A stretch of 64,000 bases of DNA, from NCBI GenBank assembly GCA_963664225.1, contig OY760937.1, positions 1,760,001-1,824,000 of the forward strand, written 5' to 3'. Made by a program: the position numbers and the translations under genes. The DNA comes from Verrucomicrobiia bacterium. Lineage in GTDB: Bacteria; Verrucomicrobiota; Verrucomicrobiia; Limisphaerales; UBA1319. The notes beneath the pieces are model-generated. The model saw nothing but the letters and a program-made list of their open reading frames with translations, did no database searches and was not told the origin of the DNA. Positions within the stretch are counted from its first letter, which is position 1; each line of letters starts with the position of its first letter. This document shows positions 9,039 to 19,953 of the stretch, one piece after another.

Positions 9039-9501
9039 ACAATGGAAATTGGAATATGAGTAGGGATTGTATATTCCTGTGCCGCTAAGGGTGCAGGACA
9101 AATTCCTTCGGTGAAAAAGGAAGGACTCTTAATGAAGCCCTTCTCTCCAGCTCTCCCCGCTCGTGCCTCGCAGGGCGAGAGAGAAGAATCACGCGATCGG
9201 TTTTTTGGGCCGACTGTGTTCATTCGTCCGATATATTTCCATGTCGTTTTAAAGCATTTTTAGGCTTTCTGGAGAATTCTGTCATGCACCCTGACCCTGT
9301 GGCTTGTCGCATTTGTCAGGAGAATGTTGCGGTTTTGAATTGTGCCCTGCGACCCGAAAAAATTCAGGGCCGCAGGGCTGATTTCGGCACTCACTGGCGA
9401 CGGCCATAGCCGACGAAGCCTCGAATGGATGCGAGGCCGACTCGGAGGAACAAGCCATCCGCGCAATAACCGAAATTGAATTGTGGCGAAATCCCGGGTG
9501 T

Positions 9502-10149
9502 TTACATTGGGTCCAGACGCCCGGGTTCCGCAGGATGTTCGCCGGTTGAACTTCTGAATCCCTGACTGCATCGAACCAGCCATGCGGCGAGGCAAAAGAG
9601 CGTCAGGTCTATCGCGAGATTGACCAGGCCAATGTGTTTGCCGCCCAGCGTCCCGAAGCAGCCACATTCGATGTTCAATCCCCGCGCGAGTGCGGACAGG
9701 ATGACGATGGCAAACATCACCGTCATGCCGGCAATGAGAAGCGCGGCGGCTCTCAACCAAACGCCTGTGAGGACAAACGCGCCGGCGACGACCTCCATCC
9801 AGGGCATGAGAATGGCGACCAGGTTGGTGAACTGGTGAGGCACCAGCCGGTAGTTGCTGACGTCGATGGCGAACTTCGCCGGATCCGCAATTTTTAGGAC
9901 GCCGGCGAAAATAAACGCGCCGCCCACCACCAAACGCAGCATCCAGGCGATATAAATCGCACTGTTTTTGGGCGCAAAGGGCCGGTCTGCGCGCACGTCA
10001 CGACCGAACTTGTCCGCGCCTTTCCCCTCGCCAACCGACATGAGGGAATGAACTTGCGGCGATGCGATGGCTTGAGCCATACCGGCGGAAGACACGGAAC
10101 CTCTCTGCGACAAGACAAAATCATCGCACTGTGTGGGAGGCGATTTCAT
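9502..10149 (-). CDS. MauE/DoxX-family membrane protein
   Basis: LRLVVGGAFIFAGVLKIADP..PWMEV..RGLNIECGCFG; ATGA overlap with the upstream gene. The start could be later. Confidence 0.85.
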   Translation of the reverse strand: MKSPPTQCDDFVLSQRGSVSSAGMAQAIASPQVHSLMSVGEGKGADKFGRDVRADRPFAPKNSAIYIAWMLRLVVGGAFIFAGVLKIADPAKFAIDVSNYRLVPHQFTNLVAILMPWMEVVAGAFVLTGVWLRAAALLIAGMTVMFAIVILSALARGLNIECGCFGTLGGKHIGLVNLAIDLTLFCLAAWLVRCSQGFRSSTGEHPAEPGRLDPM

Positions 10150-10610
10150 TGCTGGCCTTTCTGCGCGGTCGGCAAGCCGGCCTCGCGCCATTTGGTCCAG
10201 CCATCCAAGAGGAGGTGTGTATTGGTGTAGCCCAACTGGCGCAGGCTTGCCTGGAGGCGATGACTGAGTTCACAATCCATGCCGTCACAATAGAGAACGA
10301 GGCTCGAATCGGGCGAAAGGATCGGCGCGATTTCACCGAAGTGCTGATCGAACGATTGCGCGGGAAGATTCAAGGCGTTGCCGATATGACCGGCGGCGTA
10401 ATCCGCGGGTTCGCGCGCGTCCAGAAAGAGTGTGGCGCCGCCATGCCAAAGCTCTTTTGCCTTTTCGAGTGGGATGAACTCATCGGCTTGGATCGCCTTC
10501 TTTGGAGGGGTGATCAACGGGAGGCCGCGTGGGGAGGCCTGATTGCCCGCCAGACCCAATGCAACGCCCAGGAGGAGAATCACAGAGGCCTGTTGGAGTA
10601 GTCCACGCAT
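10146..10610 (-). CDS. Exported rhodanese-like domain protein
   Basis: FLDARE..YAAGHIGNALNLP and VLYCDGMDC motifs; N-terminal hydrophobic anchor. Confidence 0.88.
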   Translation of the reverse strand: MRGLLQQASVILLLGVALGLAGNQASPRGLPLITPPKKAIQADEFIPLEKAKELWHGGATLFLDAREPADYAAGHIGNALNLPAQSFDQHFGEIAPILSPDSSLVLYCDGMDCELSHRLQASLRQLGYTNTHLLLDGWTKWREAGLPTAQKGQQ

Positions 10611-10618
10611 AAGCGGTG

Positions 10619-11650
10619 TTACGGCTTGAAGACGTTGACAATGACGGGCACTTCCATCCTGGGCTGCGCCGGGACGGAGGTTTCAAAAGACACGTTGCCG
10701 CTGACCGTCTTTTCGGGGGTTTCATTGAGTTTGGCCACGAGCTCATAGACCTTGCCGGAATCCCCGGGGACAAGCTCGACTTGAATTCCGGGGATGGTGC
10801 TCCTGGCATTCTTGATCTCAATTGGTTCTCCGGTGGCCGAGCGTATGGTCACGCGGCGCACCACCTGCGCTTCCGGGGGGGCTGCCGCTGTTGGCGCGGT
10901 TCCAGTGACACTCCAATACAGGGCTTCCGGGCTGAGACTGACCTGACCCATGAACTGGCCGTATATATAGACGCTTGAAACGGGGCTGTTCGTTTGATCG
11001 GCGGCGTAGATGTGGACATATTCGTTGAAGCGGCGGGGAACCCCCTCGCGTTGAATCGTGATGTTAATGCGCGCGCTGGAGGCATCCGCCCCGCCCGCCG
11101 GCTCGACCCTGGCCGTGATCCAGGGCTTGGAAACGTCGAGCCTTAGGATCGTGAGCGGCTTTCCATCAGTGCGGGTAATCGTGGTAAATTGTGAGGCTTC
11201 ATTGGTGCCGAAAGGCAGGTTGAGCGGCAGCGCCATTGGGTTGAGGTCGTAGAGTGGCGTGTAGTCCACCTTGATGGCGAGCGAAACCACGGGTGTCTTT
11301 GGATCGTTGGACATCACCGAAATGTGTTTTTCCATGTTCGCGCGCGCGCGGCCCAGACTCAGCGTAAAGGTCAACTCGCCGGTTTCACCCGGTTTGAGTG
11401 TGTCAGGCTTCAGGCCGGCGGTGGTGCAGCCGCAGGAGAGTTTGGGCGGTTCGAGTTTGAGGATGTCATCGCCAGCGTTGGTGTATTTGAAGGTGCCGGA
11501 AACGGTTTCGACCAGCGAGGTTTTACCGAAGTCATAAACCAATTGGTCGAACTGGATTTTGGGGGCGCCGGCCCCAAGAGCGGCGAAACACATCGCCCCG
11601 GTGAAAGAGACGGCGATGAAGAGGGTTGATTTGAGAAATGTCAATTTCAT
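10619..11650 (-). CDS. DUF1573 domain exported protein
   Basis: Signal peptide MKLTFLK..; YDFG..FKYTNAGDDILKL..SCGCT..LKPGETGEL; two further Ig-like domains. Confidence 0.82.
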   Translation of the reverse strand: MKLTFLKSTLFIAVSFTGAMCFAALGAGAPKIQFDQLVYDFGKTSLVETVSGTFKYTNAGDDILKLEPPKLSCGCTTAGLKPDTLKPGETGELTFTLSLGRARANMEKHISVMSNDPKTPVVSLAIKVDYTPLYDLNPMALPLNLPFGTNEASQFTTITRTDGKPLTILRLDVSKPWITARVEPAGGADASSARINITIQREGVPRRFNEYVHIYAADQTNSPVSSVYIYGQFMGQVSLSPEALYWSVTGTAPTAAAPPEAQVVRRVTIRSATGEPIEIKNARSTIPGIQVELVPGDSGKVYELVAKLNETPEKTVSGNVSFETSVPAQPRMEVPVIVNVFKP

Positions 11651-11741
11651 GTTTTCGTGGTGTTTTCTTTTATCATTAAATGGCAACCCTTGGGATGTCC
11701 GCCGGGTCCGCTTATTCATCCGCACTGATCTTAACAAAGAT

Positions 11742-11779
11742 AAAAACCCAGCCGAAGAATAATATACTCCGGCTGGGTT
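11742..11779 (-). terminator. Rho-independent terminator after the large repeat protein
   Basis: Minus strand AACCCAGCCGGAG..TTCGGCTGGGTTTTT, 16 nt after the stop codon. Confidence 0.75.
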
Positions 11780-11795
11780 CAACGGTCGCGTCGAA

Positions 11796-14700
11796 TTATT
11801 GCGGCGCGAGAATGAGCCGATAGAAGCAGGTCGCATGACCTTCCTGCGTATCGGTGACGGTGAGAATGCCGCCTGTGCCGGCGATCGGCATATTGGGCAG
11901 GCTGGTCCAGGTCGAATCGCTCAACGAGCTCTTAAACTGGACCATGTATAGCTTGCCAATCTCGCTGGCAAACGACAGGGAGAAACCATCCGCGTTGTAA
12001 CGCAGGACGGGGACTCCCGAACCGCCAATGAGCGGCCGAATGGATTGAATCGCGCAACTGGCTGTGGCGGAGACGGTGCATTCGGTGCAGGTCAGGCAGG
12101 TTGATTTGCCTGTGACGGTGACGGTGACCGCGCTTGCGTCAACCGGGACCGTATAGCTGCCCGCGAACGATTTCGATTCACCCGGAGCCAATTCAATCGG
12201 GCCCAACACCGGGGTGGTGTTTCCGGACTGAGGACCGAACACGATGACATTGGTCAGGGTGACGTCGCCAGAGTTGCTGACTTTGCCGTTGAACACATAC
12301 AAGCCGCCCAGCGGTATCGGCGACGACGGGCACACCTGGGTGAGGGTGAGTCGTGGCGAGCTGAGCAGCGGACACACCTGCGAGGCGGTGGCGCTCACGC
12401 GTGTGTTGGCGCAACGGTCCTGACCGCGCGCGGTGACGGTGTCCAGAATTTCGCAGCAGTCCATCGGTGCGGTGTAACTGCCTGTGAAGTCCGCAACGGC
12501 TCCCGGCGCCAGGGTGATCGGACCGATGACCGGGACATTGTTGCTGGGCTGATTGTTCACCACAAAGACATTGACCAGGGTGACATTGCCAATGTTCTTA
12601 ACCGTGCCGGTGAAGGTGTAGAGGCCGCCGCGCGGTGTGGGTGAGGACGGGCAGTTCTTGGTGACGGCGATGCGCGGAGTGGTCATTATCGGGCAGGTCG
12701 TCGAAACGCTGTTTGAAACTGCGGCGTCGGTGCACAAGTCATAGCCAGTGGCCGTGACAATGTCGTTCCCGCAGAAATCCTCGGGAACGATGAAGGAGGC
12801 GTAGTAGGTCACCATTTCTCCCGGCGCCAGGATGATGGGGCCCAGCACTGGAGTATTGTCGCCTGACTGGTTATTCACCACGGTCACATTCATGAGGGTG
12901 ATGGTACCCGCGTTGCTGACCGTGCCGCTATACATGAGCAGGTCGCCGGGTTGGAGAATCGCGGTGGGACAAACCTTGGTCACCACGATCTTCGGCGAAG
13001 TCACCAGCGTGCAAGTCCGCGTGAAGGTGTCGGTGACTGTGACGCCGGTGCAGTCCTGGCCACTGGCGGTGACCATGCTGGAATCGACGCAGCAATCCTC
13101 GTGCGTGGTGTAGCTGCCTGAGAAGTTGGCCGACGCCCCCGGGGCCAGCGAATTGAGGGTGAAGATCGGGGTAAGCCCGCTGCGATCATTGTAAACAACG
13201 ATGTTTCTGAGCGTGCTGTTCCCGGTGTTGCTGACCTTGCCGGAGTAGGTGAGTATTCCGCCGGGCACGACGGGTATGGCCGGGCAGGTCTGGGTCACCG
13301 CGATCGCGGGGGCGGTGACGAGGTTACAGGTCGTGGACACACTGTCGGAAACCAGTGCTCCGGTGCAGGTGCTCCTGGCCGATGCCGTCAGCACGGAGAC
13401 GATGGAACATTCCGCGCCCGCGGGCACGGGGAGGTTGAAACTGAAGTCCGCGGTTGCGCCGGGCGCCAACCCTGCGACGGTGAAGACGGATCCACCGGGT
13501 ACGGTGGGCGTCGTCGTTGTCGATAAGGCCAGAACCTCGGATGCGCTCAGGCCCCGGTTGTAGATGCGGACTTCATCAATGACACCATTGAAGAACCGAT
13601 CCAGACCGGCGTCGCGGGCGCCGATGGCCCAACTGGCGTTGACTTGCAACGATCCCATGCCAGTCGCGGTGGACGCGATGGCAACGCCGTTGCGGTAGAG
13701 AATCCATGCCGAACCGTTGTAAACGCCGGTCAGGTGGACGTAGTTGCCCAGGTCGCTGCCAGGCATCGCAGCGGCGGCGACGGGCTCGTTGACGTTGTCC
13801 CAGGATCCCACTTCATATCGACCACTGTTGATGCGCAGGAACACGGAGCCGAAGGTCGTCGTGGTATAACCATGGGCCACGATATCCTGTTTGCCAGTGG
13901 TGGACAGGGGCTTGATCCACGCCGACATGGTGATCTGGCCGGCGAAGTTCAGGCTGGCGTTGTTGGGGATCAGGACCGCCGAATTGGCGCCATTGAAGTT
14001 GAGGGCGTTGTTGATTCTTCCAGAAACGCGCGCGGCGTTCATGATGGAGCCGTTGTTGGCCAAACCGGAACCGTCGAGAGCCACGTTCCCGCTGGTTTCA
14101 TCGAGCGGCCAATAGCCGACCAATCCGGAGGTGGTTGGCCCCGGCTGACCGGGCTGGCTGCCATTGACCACAACGATGTTGGTCAAAGAAACGTTACCCG
14201 TGTTTCTGACCGTGCCCTGATAGATGAGGGTTCCGCCCTCGGAAACGGGCGAAGTGGGGCAGAATTGGGTGACCACAATGCCCGGCGTGGTGATCAGCGG
14301 ACAGGTGGCCGAAGCGCTGTTGCTGACAAGGGCGTTGGAGCAGGCGTCGCTGCCTGTGGCGGTCACCGAACTGGTGAAGGAGCAGGCATCCGCCGGCGTT
14401 GTGAAGTTCGCCGTAAAGTTGGCGGACACTCCAGGCGCCAGGCTAGGCACTGTGAGCACGGCCGTGCCGGACTGGGGCTGGGTGGTGACGACGGTCACAT
14501 TATTCAATGTGACATTGCCGGAATTTCTCACCGTGCCGGTGTATGTGATTGGACCACCGATGGTAGTGGGGGCGGTCGGACAGACGAGAGACACCGCAAC
14601 GGACGGAGCGGTGGCCACCGGGCAGGTGGACACGAAGGTCTGTGCGACTGCCTCGCCGGTGCAAGGATCCTTGGCGGAAGCCCTGATGTTGGCGGTGACG

Positions 14701-17090
14701 GAGCAGACATCCGCCGGGACCGTGTAACTGCCCGTGTAGTTAGCGGACGCTCCGGGCGCCAGTGTCGCCGCGGTAAAGACGGTTGTGTTCGCGGCCGGGC
14801 GGTCGCTGATCACAACGACGTTCGACAGGGTGATATTTCCAGCATTGCGGACCGTGCCCGTGTAAGCGAGCAGGCTGCCAGGCGCGACGGGCGCGGTCGG
14901 ACACGATTGAGTCACCGTGATGACCGGTGTTCCAAGGATGGCACAGGTCGAAGTGACCTTGTTCGAGACGGGCACGCCGCAAATGCTCGTGCCAGTGGCG
15001 GTCGAGACGCTTGTGATGGAGCAATTCGTCGGCGCCAGGTAACTGCCGGAGAAATTAGCGGTCATTCCGGGAGCCATCGTGGGTGCGGTGAACACGGGAG
15101 TGCTGCCGCTCCGATCGTTCATCACAACGACATTGGTGAGCGTGATGTTGCCGGAGTTGCGCACTGTGCCGGTGTAAAACAACTGACTGCCCGGAGTCAC
15201 CGGGTTGGCGGGACAATCCTGGGTGACAACGATGCCGGGCGTGGTAATGAGCGCGCAGGTGGCCGAAGCAATGTTTCTGACCAGGGTGTTGGCGCAGGCG
15301 TCGCTGCCCGTGGCCGCAACCGTGGCGCTGACCGAGCAGGCATCCGCGGGAGCGGTGAAGCTGGAGGTAAAGTTGGCTGAAGCTCCAGGCGCCAGGCTCG
15401 GGACTGTCAATACGACCGTGTTGGGGACGGGCAGATCGTTGAGGACGGTGACATTGTTCAAAGTGACGTTGCCGGAATTCCTGACTGTGCCGGTGTACGT
15501 AATTGGGCCGCCTGTGGGGGCGGACACGGCGGGACAGGCCAGAGTAACGGCGATGGCCGGACCCGTACCCACCGGGCAGGTGGAGACGAAGTTCCGGGTG
15601 ACGGCTGCTCCCGTGCAAGAATCTTTGGCATTGGCCTGGATGTTGGCGGTGACGGAGCAAACGTCCGCCGGGACGGTGTAACTACCTGAGTAGTTGGCGG
15701 ACGCGCCGGGCGCCAGGGAAGCCACCGTGAAGACCGTTGTATTAGGGGTCGGACGATCACTGACCACAACCACGTTGTTGAGGGTGATGTCCCCCGAGTT
15801 GCGAACCGTGCCCGTGTAGGCGAGCAGACTGCCGGGTGCAACCGGCGCAGCGGGACAACTTTGTATCACTTCAATGGAAGGAGTTGTGAGGATGGGAGTG
15901 GTCGCGCTGGCTGTATCGGTCACCTGGACTCCGCATGCGCTCGCGGCGCGGGCGGTCAGGGTGTCCGAGATGGAACAGTTGGTCGGCGCCGGGTAACTGC
16001 CGGAGAAAGTGGCGACCGCACCGGGCGCCAGTGACGGCAGTGTGAACACCGGCGTATTGGCAACGGGTTGACTATTCACGACGACAATGTTGGTCAATGT
16101 TACATTGCCCGTATTGCTGACGCTGCCGGAGAACACCACTAACTGCCCTGGTGAAACCGGCGTGCCGGGATACGACTTGGTGACCCGGATTCCCGGTGTC
16201 AACACATTCGCGCAGGCCGCGCTCGCGGAACTGGTTACGGTCTTGGGGTTTGCTGTAAATTGGTCAATGCCTTGCGCCACCAGAATGGCGGTGTCCGGAC
16301 TGCAGGGATTCAACGGAATCCAGCTCCCACTAAACGTGGCAACCTGGCCCTTGGCGAGGTTGGTGGGGAAGAGAACCACGAAAGAACCGTTGTCCACATT
16401 ATTTGTGACGGTCACACCCACCAGTGTATTGTTGCCGCAATTATTGACCGTGCCGGTGAATCGGATCAATCCGTTTTCTCCCACTCCGCCAACGCATTGC
16501 ACCGCGATCTGGATGCAGGGCTGGCTCACCTCTGTATTCACTCCCTGGAAACCGCCACCGATGCTGGGCGTCTCGTTCTGATGAATGACACCGATGTCAT
16601 TGGCCGTGGCGCGCAAGGTGCCGTCGGGCTGAATATCCTGGGCGCGAACGACATAAGAGACGACGTTGGGATAGAAATCCGACTCCCCGTTAAGCAAACT
16701 CCTCCGCACCAAAATCGACGTGAAGTTGTTGGTCTTGCCATCCGGTGTGGTAATGAACGCCTGAATATCGCTGGCATCACAGGCGATTTGCGGACTGCCG
16801 GGCAACCCGTTGAATACGGTCGCGCTATAGCGGAGCGTGTCACCAACGTGGACGTCTGCCGCATCGGTATAGAGGTTGATACCCAGAGCACTGCCGGTGC
16901 ATCCCGGCGGGCTCTGCGCCCAAGCTGGAAGCGTTCCATACAGCAGAAAAGCCATTCCAGCCAGGAACAGCAGTATCCTGAATGGAATGCCTCCTTTGCG
17001 TGTAAAGGAAGCTATTTCTCGCGCCTGGGAAGATCCACACGGAGATGGAAGGCGGGAAGCCATCTGGTGGGTTTTTGTTGAAGTATTCAT
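11796..17090 (-). CDS. Large secreted Cys-rich Ig-like repeat protein (12 DUF11/DUF7507-like repeats) with inserted LamG domain
   Basis: Signal peptide ..LPAWAQ; ~103-aa repeats PxIxVTxxCP..YTGTVRNSGNxTLxNV..LAPG; LamG (LVGYWPLDE..FNGVIDEVRIYNRGLS); C-terminal W..FYRL motif. Start uncertain. Confidence 0.85.
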   Translation of the reverse strand: MNTSTKTHQMASRLPSPCGSSQAREIASFTRKGGIPFRILLFLAGMAFLLYGTLPAWAQSPPGCTGSALGINLYTDAADVHVGDTLRYSATVFNGLPGSPQIACDASDIQAFITTPDGKTNNFTSILVRRSLLNGESDFYPNVVSYVVRAQDIQPDGTLRATANDIGVIHQNETPSIGGGFQGVNTEVSQPCIQIAVQCVGGVGENGLIRFTGTVNNCGNNTLVGVTVTNNVDNGSFVVLFPTNLAKGQVATFSGSWIPLNPCSPDTAILVAQGIDQFTANPKTVTSSASAACANVLTPGIRVTKSYPGTPVSPGQLVVFSGSVSNTGNVTLTNIVVVNSQPVANTPVFTLPSLAPGAVATFSGSYPAPTNCSISDTLTARAASACGVQVTDTASATTPILTTPSIEVIQSCPAAPVAPGSLLAYTGTVRNSGDITLNNVVVVSDRPTPNTTVFTVASLAPGASANYSGSYTVPADVCSVTANIQANAKDSCTGAAVTRNFVSTCPVGTGPAIAVTLACPAVSAPTGGPITYTGTVRNSGNVTLNNVTVLNDLPVPNTVVLTVPSLAPGASANFTSSFTAPADACSVSATVAATGSDACANTLVRNIASATCALITTPGIVVTQDCPANPVTPGSQLFYTGTVRNSGNITLTNVVVMNDRSGSTPVFTAPTMAPGMTANFSGSYLAPTNCSITSVSTATGTSICGVPVSNKVTSTCAILGTPVITVTQSCPTAPVAPGSLLAYTGTVRNAGNITLSNVVVISDRPAANTTVFTAATLAPGASANYTGSYTVPADVCSVTANIRASAKDPCTGEAVAQTFVSTCPVATAPSVAVSLVCPTAPTTIGGPITYTGTVRNSGNVTLNNVTVVTTQPQSGTAVLTVPSLAPGVSANFTANFTTPADACSFTSSVTATGSDACSNALVSNSASATCPLITTPGIVVTQFCPTSPVSEGGTLIYQGTVRNTGNVSLTNIVVVNGSQPGQPGPTTSGLVGYWPLDETSGNVALDGSGLANNGSIMNAARVSGRINNALNFNGANSAVLIPNNASLNFAGQITMSAWIKPLSTTGKQDIVAHGYTTTTFGSVFLRINSGRYEVGSWDNVNEPVAAAAMPGSDLGNYVHLTGVYNGSAWILYRNGVAIASTATGMGSLQVNASWAIGARDAGLDRFFNGVIDEVRIYNRGLSASEVLALSTTTTPTVPGGSVFTVAGLAPGATADFSFNLPVPAGAECSIVSVLTASARSTCTGALVSDSVSTTCNLVTAPAIAVTQTCPAIPVVPGGILTYSGKVSNTGNSTLRNIVVYNDRSGLTPIFTLNSLAPGASANFSGSYTTHEDCCVDSSMVTASGQDCTGVTVTDTFTRTCTLVTSPKIVVTKVCPTAILQPGDLLMYSGTVSNAGTITLMNVTVVNNQSGDNTPVLGPIILAPGEMVTYYASFIVPEDFCGNDIVTATGYDLCTDAAVSNSVSTTCPIMTTPRIAVTKNCPSSPTPRGGLYTFTGTVKNIGNVTLVNVFVVNNQPSNNVPVIGPITLAPGAVADFTGSYTAPMDCCEILDTVTARGQDRCANTRVSATASQVCPLLSSPRLTLTQVCPSSPIPLGGLYVFNGKVSNSGDVTLTNVIVFGPQSGNTTPVLGPIELAPGESKSFAGSYTVPVDASAVTVTVTGKSTCLTCTECTVSATASCAIQSIRPLIGGSGVPVLRYNADGFSLSFASEIGKLYMVQFKSSLSDSTWTSLPNMPIAGTGGILTVTDTQEGHATCFYRLILAPQ

Positions 17091-17820
17091 ACTGTTCCTC
17101 TTTTCTAAACCGAATTGGATGAAATACATTTTAAGCTTCCACCTTACTGGCTGCCTGTCAAAAAATTAAATGCAACGACTTTAATTTTCGCGCCAACAAC
17201 GCACCGAGGCCAATAACACTTGGCGTTCGGCGGCAAGTGAGCACGAGAAGCAAGCTCCGACTCGCGTTCGCTGCATTCAAACGGGCTCGATTGAAGACTC
17301 TTGATGGCTGCCATATTTTTCCGGGTTTTCCAGTCCCAATACTCAAAGGCAAATCGACTCAGTATCACCTTCCAGTGGAATATATTTCGCATTTACGCGG
17401 CCTATGTTACTCCAGCGAGGAAGTCGGCGCCATGGGGTGTTACCCTACCTTTCCACGTGAGGGTAGTATCCGGCACAAGGGTAGTGAATACCGAAACTAA
17501 TAGGTATTAATATTGAAGCCGCACCCTAAACAGCACCATCCATACTACTTACATTACTCATTGCTGCATAAGTATTTCTGAATGAATCCGACAGACGAAT
17601 AATCCATTCTTATCGATCCCATTTTCCCTTAGGAACCGGTGCCGGAGGAGGGAGGTGGCCGGGTTGGGAGCGATCCGGTGCGATCGGCAAGGCGAGGCTC
17701 AGTGCGAAGCACCCCTTCACGGACGCCGGTAAAATCGATCGCAAAAGCGCTCACGCCGCCGCACGGAACGCATTTGCCGACGAACCCAAAGGATCGCGTT
17801 CCGTTGCCTTGCCGACCCGC

Positions 17821-18693
17821 TTATTTCGCGGCCGACAGCCGCAGCTTGACGATGACGGGATAATGGTCGCTGGGAAATTCACCGGGGCGCGCGTAGATCA
17901 CGGTTTCGGCGCGATCCACCTGCACGCCGCCGCGCGTAAGAATCCAGTCGATGCGCTCGCCGGTGGGCACTGCGGCTTTGAAATTATTGAATGTGGCAAA
18001 GCCTTCACCGTGCCGCTCAGGGGCCGCCAGCCAGGCGTCGGTGAAGAACTTCTCCCCGGTCAAAAGGTCGTAAGCCTTGTTGTCACCGGCGGCCGCGTTG
18101 AAATCGCCCGTCAAAATCACCGGGAGTGTTGTCCCCAGGGCCTCGACGCGTTTGCGGAGCAGTTCCGCGCTCTTCTCGCGGGCGAGTTGCACCTGGTGAT
18201 CGAAGTGGGTGTTGAAGTGGTAAAACTCCGCACCCGTAACGCGGTCGCGAAACTTGATCCATGTGACCATGCGGCGATTGGTGTTGCCCCAAGTCGTCGA
18301 GCCCATCACCTCGGGTGTGTCGGACAGCCAAAAGTGATCATAGGCAAGCGGTTCGAGCCGCGCCTTGCGATAGAACACGGCCATGAACTCGCCCCGGCTG
18401 CCGCCTTCGCGACCCAGGCCAATCCATTCGTAATCCGGAAGTTCGGCGGCAATGTCCTTGAGCTGCGAATAAACCCCCTCCTGCGTTCCCATCACATCCG
18501 GCGCAAGCTCGCGGATCAGTTTGGTCATGAGGGGACGGCGCTCCGGCCATGCGTTGGGCGGATTCGTACTGGCGTAGCGCAAATTGTAGGTCATCACGTT
18601 GAGCGCGGACGGCGATACGTTGGACTGTGCGCTGGAACGGCTTGGAGTGACGAGCGCCAACAACAGGGCGATGGAGAGCAGGAGTGATTTCAT
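17821..18693 (-). CDS. Exported endonuclease/exonuclease/phosphatase family protein
   Basis: VMTYNLR, GTQE, NTHFD, LTGDFN, RIDWI and SDHYPV motifs; signal peptide. Confidence 0.92.
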   Translation of the reverse strand: MKSLLLSIALLLALVTPSRSSAQSNVSPSALNVMTYNLRYASTNPPNAWPERRPLMTKLIRELAPDVMGTQEGVYSQLKDIAAELPDYEWIGLGREGGSRGEFMAVFYRKARLEPLAYDHFWLSDTPEVMGSTTWGNTNRRMVTWIKFRDRVTGAEFYHFNTHFDHQVQLAREKSAELLRKRVEALGTTLPVILTGDFNAAAGDNKAYDLLTGEKFFTDAWLAAPERHGEGFATFNNFKAAVPTGERIDWILTRGGVQVDRAETVIYARPGEFPSDHYPVIVKLRLSAAK

Positions 18694-18711
18694 AATTGAT
18701 TCAAAAGCCTT

Positions 18712-19815
18712 CTACACATTGAATTTGAAGTGCAGCACTTCGCCGTCGTTCACGACGTAGTCCTTGCCCTCGACGCGCAGGGTCCCCTTGTCCCGGGCGC
18801 TGCTCAGGGAACCGCACTTGACCAGCGCATCCCAGAGGATGGTTTCCGCCCGGATGAAACCGCGCGCAAAATCCGAGTGAATCGCACCTGCGGCCTGGAC
18901 GGCGGTGTCGCCCGCGTGAATGGTCCAGGCGCGCACTTCCTTATCGTTGAACGTGAAAAAGGTGCGCAAGCCGAGGAGCTTGTAAACACTTTGTATCAAG
19001 AGATCCACGCCCGAATCCTTCACACCCAACTCCTTGAGAAACTCCTTCCCTTCCTCGGGTGTCAAATCCGCGAGATCGCTTTCAAGCTGCGCGCTGACCA
19101 CCACCGTGTCGCAATCGTGATGGGCGCGGGCGAATTCACGCACTTTACTGACCAGCGGATTCGTGTCCGCAGTCGCCAGGTCCGCATCCTTGACGTTGGC
19201 CACGTAGATCACCGGCTTGTCGCTGAGCAGGTAAAAGCCCTTCATCAAGACCTTCTCCTCCTTCGTCAAGGTCATGGTGTTCGCCGGTTTTCCCGCGTTG
19301 AGGTGCGGCTCAATCCGGACGAGCAAATCCATCTCGGGGATGGCGGCCTTGTCGTTGTGCTTGATGTCCTTGGCGAGTTTGATTTTTTTGTTATGTAGCG
19401 CCTCGAGGTCCGAAAGAATCAACTCCGTCGCCACAATCTCAATGTCGCGCACCGGATCGATGGTTCCGGTCACATGCGTAATGTCCTCATCTTCAAAGCA
19501 TCGCACCACATGAATCAACGCATTGACTTCCCGCACATGGCTCAGGAATTTATTACCCAGGCCCTCCCCCTTGGAGGCGCCCTTGACCAACCCCGCGATA
19601 TCCACGCACTCGATCATGGTGGGAATGAGGTTCTGATTGTGCGCAATGGGCATCAGCGCCTTGAGCCGCTCATCGGGAACGGCCACTGCCGCCACATTGG
19701 CGTCGATGGTGCAGAAGGGGTAATTGGCGGCCTCCGCCTTGTGTGTGCGCGTGATGGCGTTAAAAAGGGTGGATTTGCCCACATTGGGCAAACCGAGAAT
19801 GCCGGCTTTCAACAT
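18712..19815 (-). CDS. ychF: Redox-regulated ATPase YchF
   Basis: [40 protein letters not shown] and AGAIHSDF motifs. Confidence 0.97.
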   Translation of the reverse strand: MLKAGILGLPNVGKSTLFNAITRTHKAEAANYPFCTIDANVAAVAVPDERLKALMPIAHNQNLIPTMIECVDIAGLVKGASKGEGLGNKFLSHVREVNALIHVVRCFEDEDITHVTGTIDPVRDIEIVATELILSDLEALHNKKIKLAKDIKHNDKAAIPEMDLLVRIEPHLNAGKPANTMTLTKEEKVLMKGFYLLSDKPVIYVANVKDADLATADTNPLVSKVREFARAHHDCDTVVVSAQLESDLADLTPEEGKEFLKELGVKDSGVDLLIQSVYKLLGLRTFFTFNDKEVRAWTIHAGDTAVQAAGAIHSDFARGFIRAETILWDALVKCGSLSSARDKGTLRVEGKDYVVNDGEVLHFKFNV

Positions 19816-19953
19816 AAGAATCAGTGATTAAATCTTCCGGCTGAGGCCGGGGTGGGCGCGAACATTTCCGTCCGCGCCCGGGTAATTTTTTCCAAAGAGA
19901 ATCGATGCCCCAAACCATGGGGCGCCGATCGTATTTAACCCGTCAATGCCCGA

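Noticed and set aside
8787..9101. Long N-terminal extension of the histidine kinase
   Set aside because: It translates intergenic periodic repeats; the signal-peptide-like segment begins near 8786.
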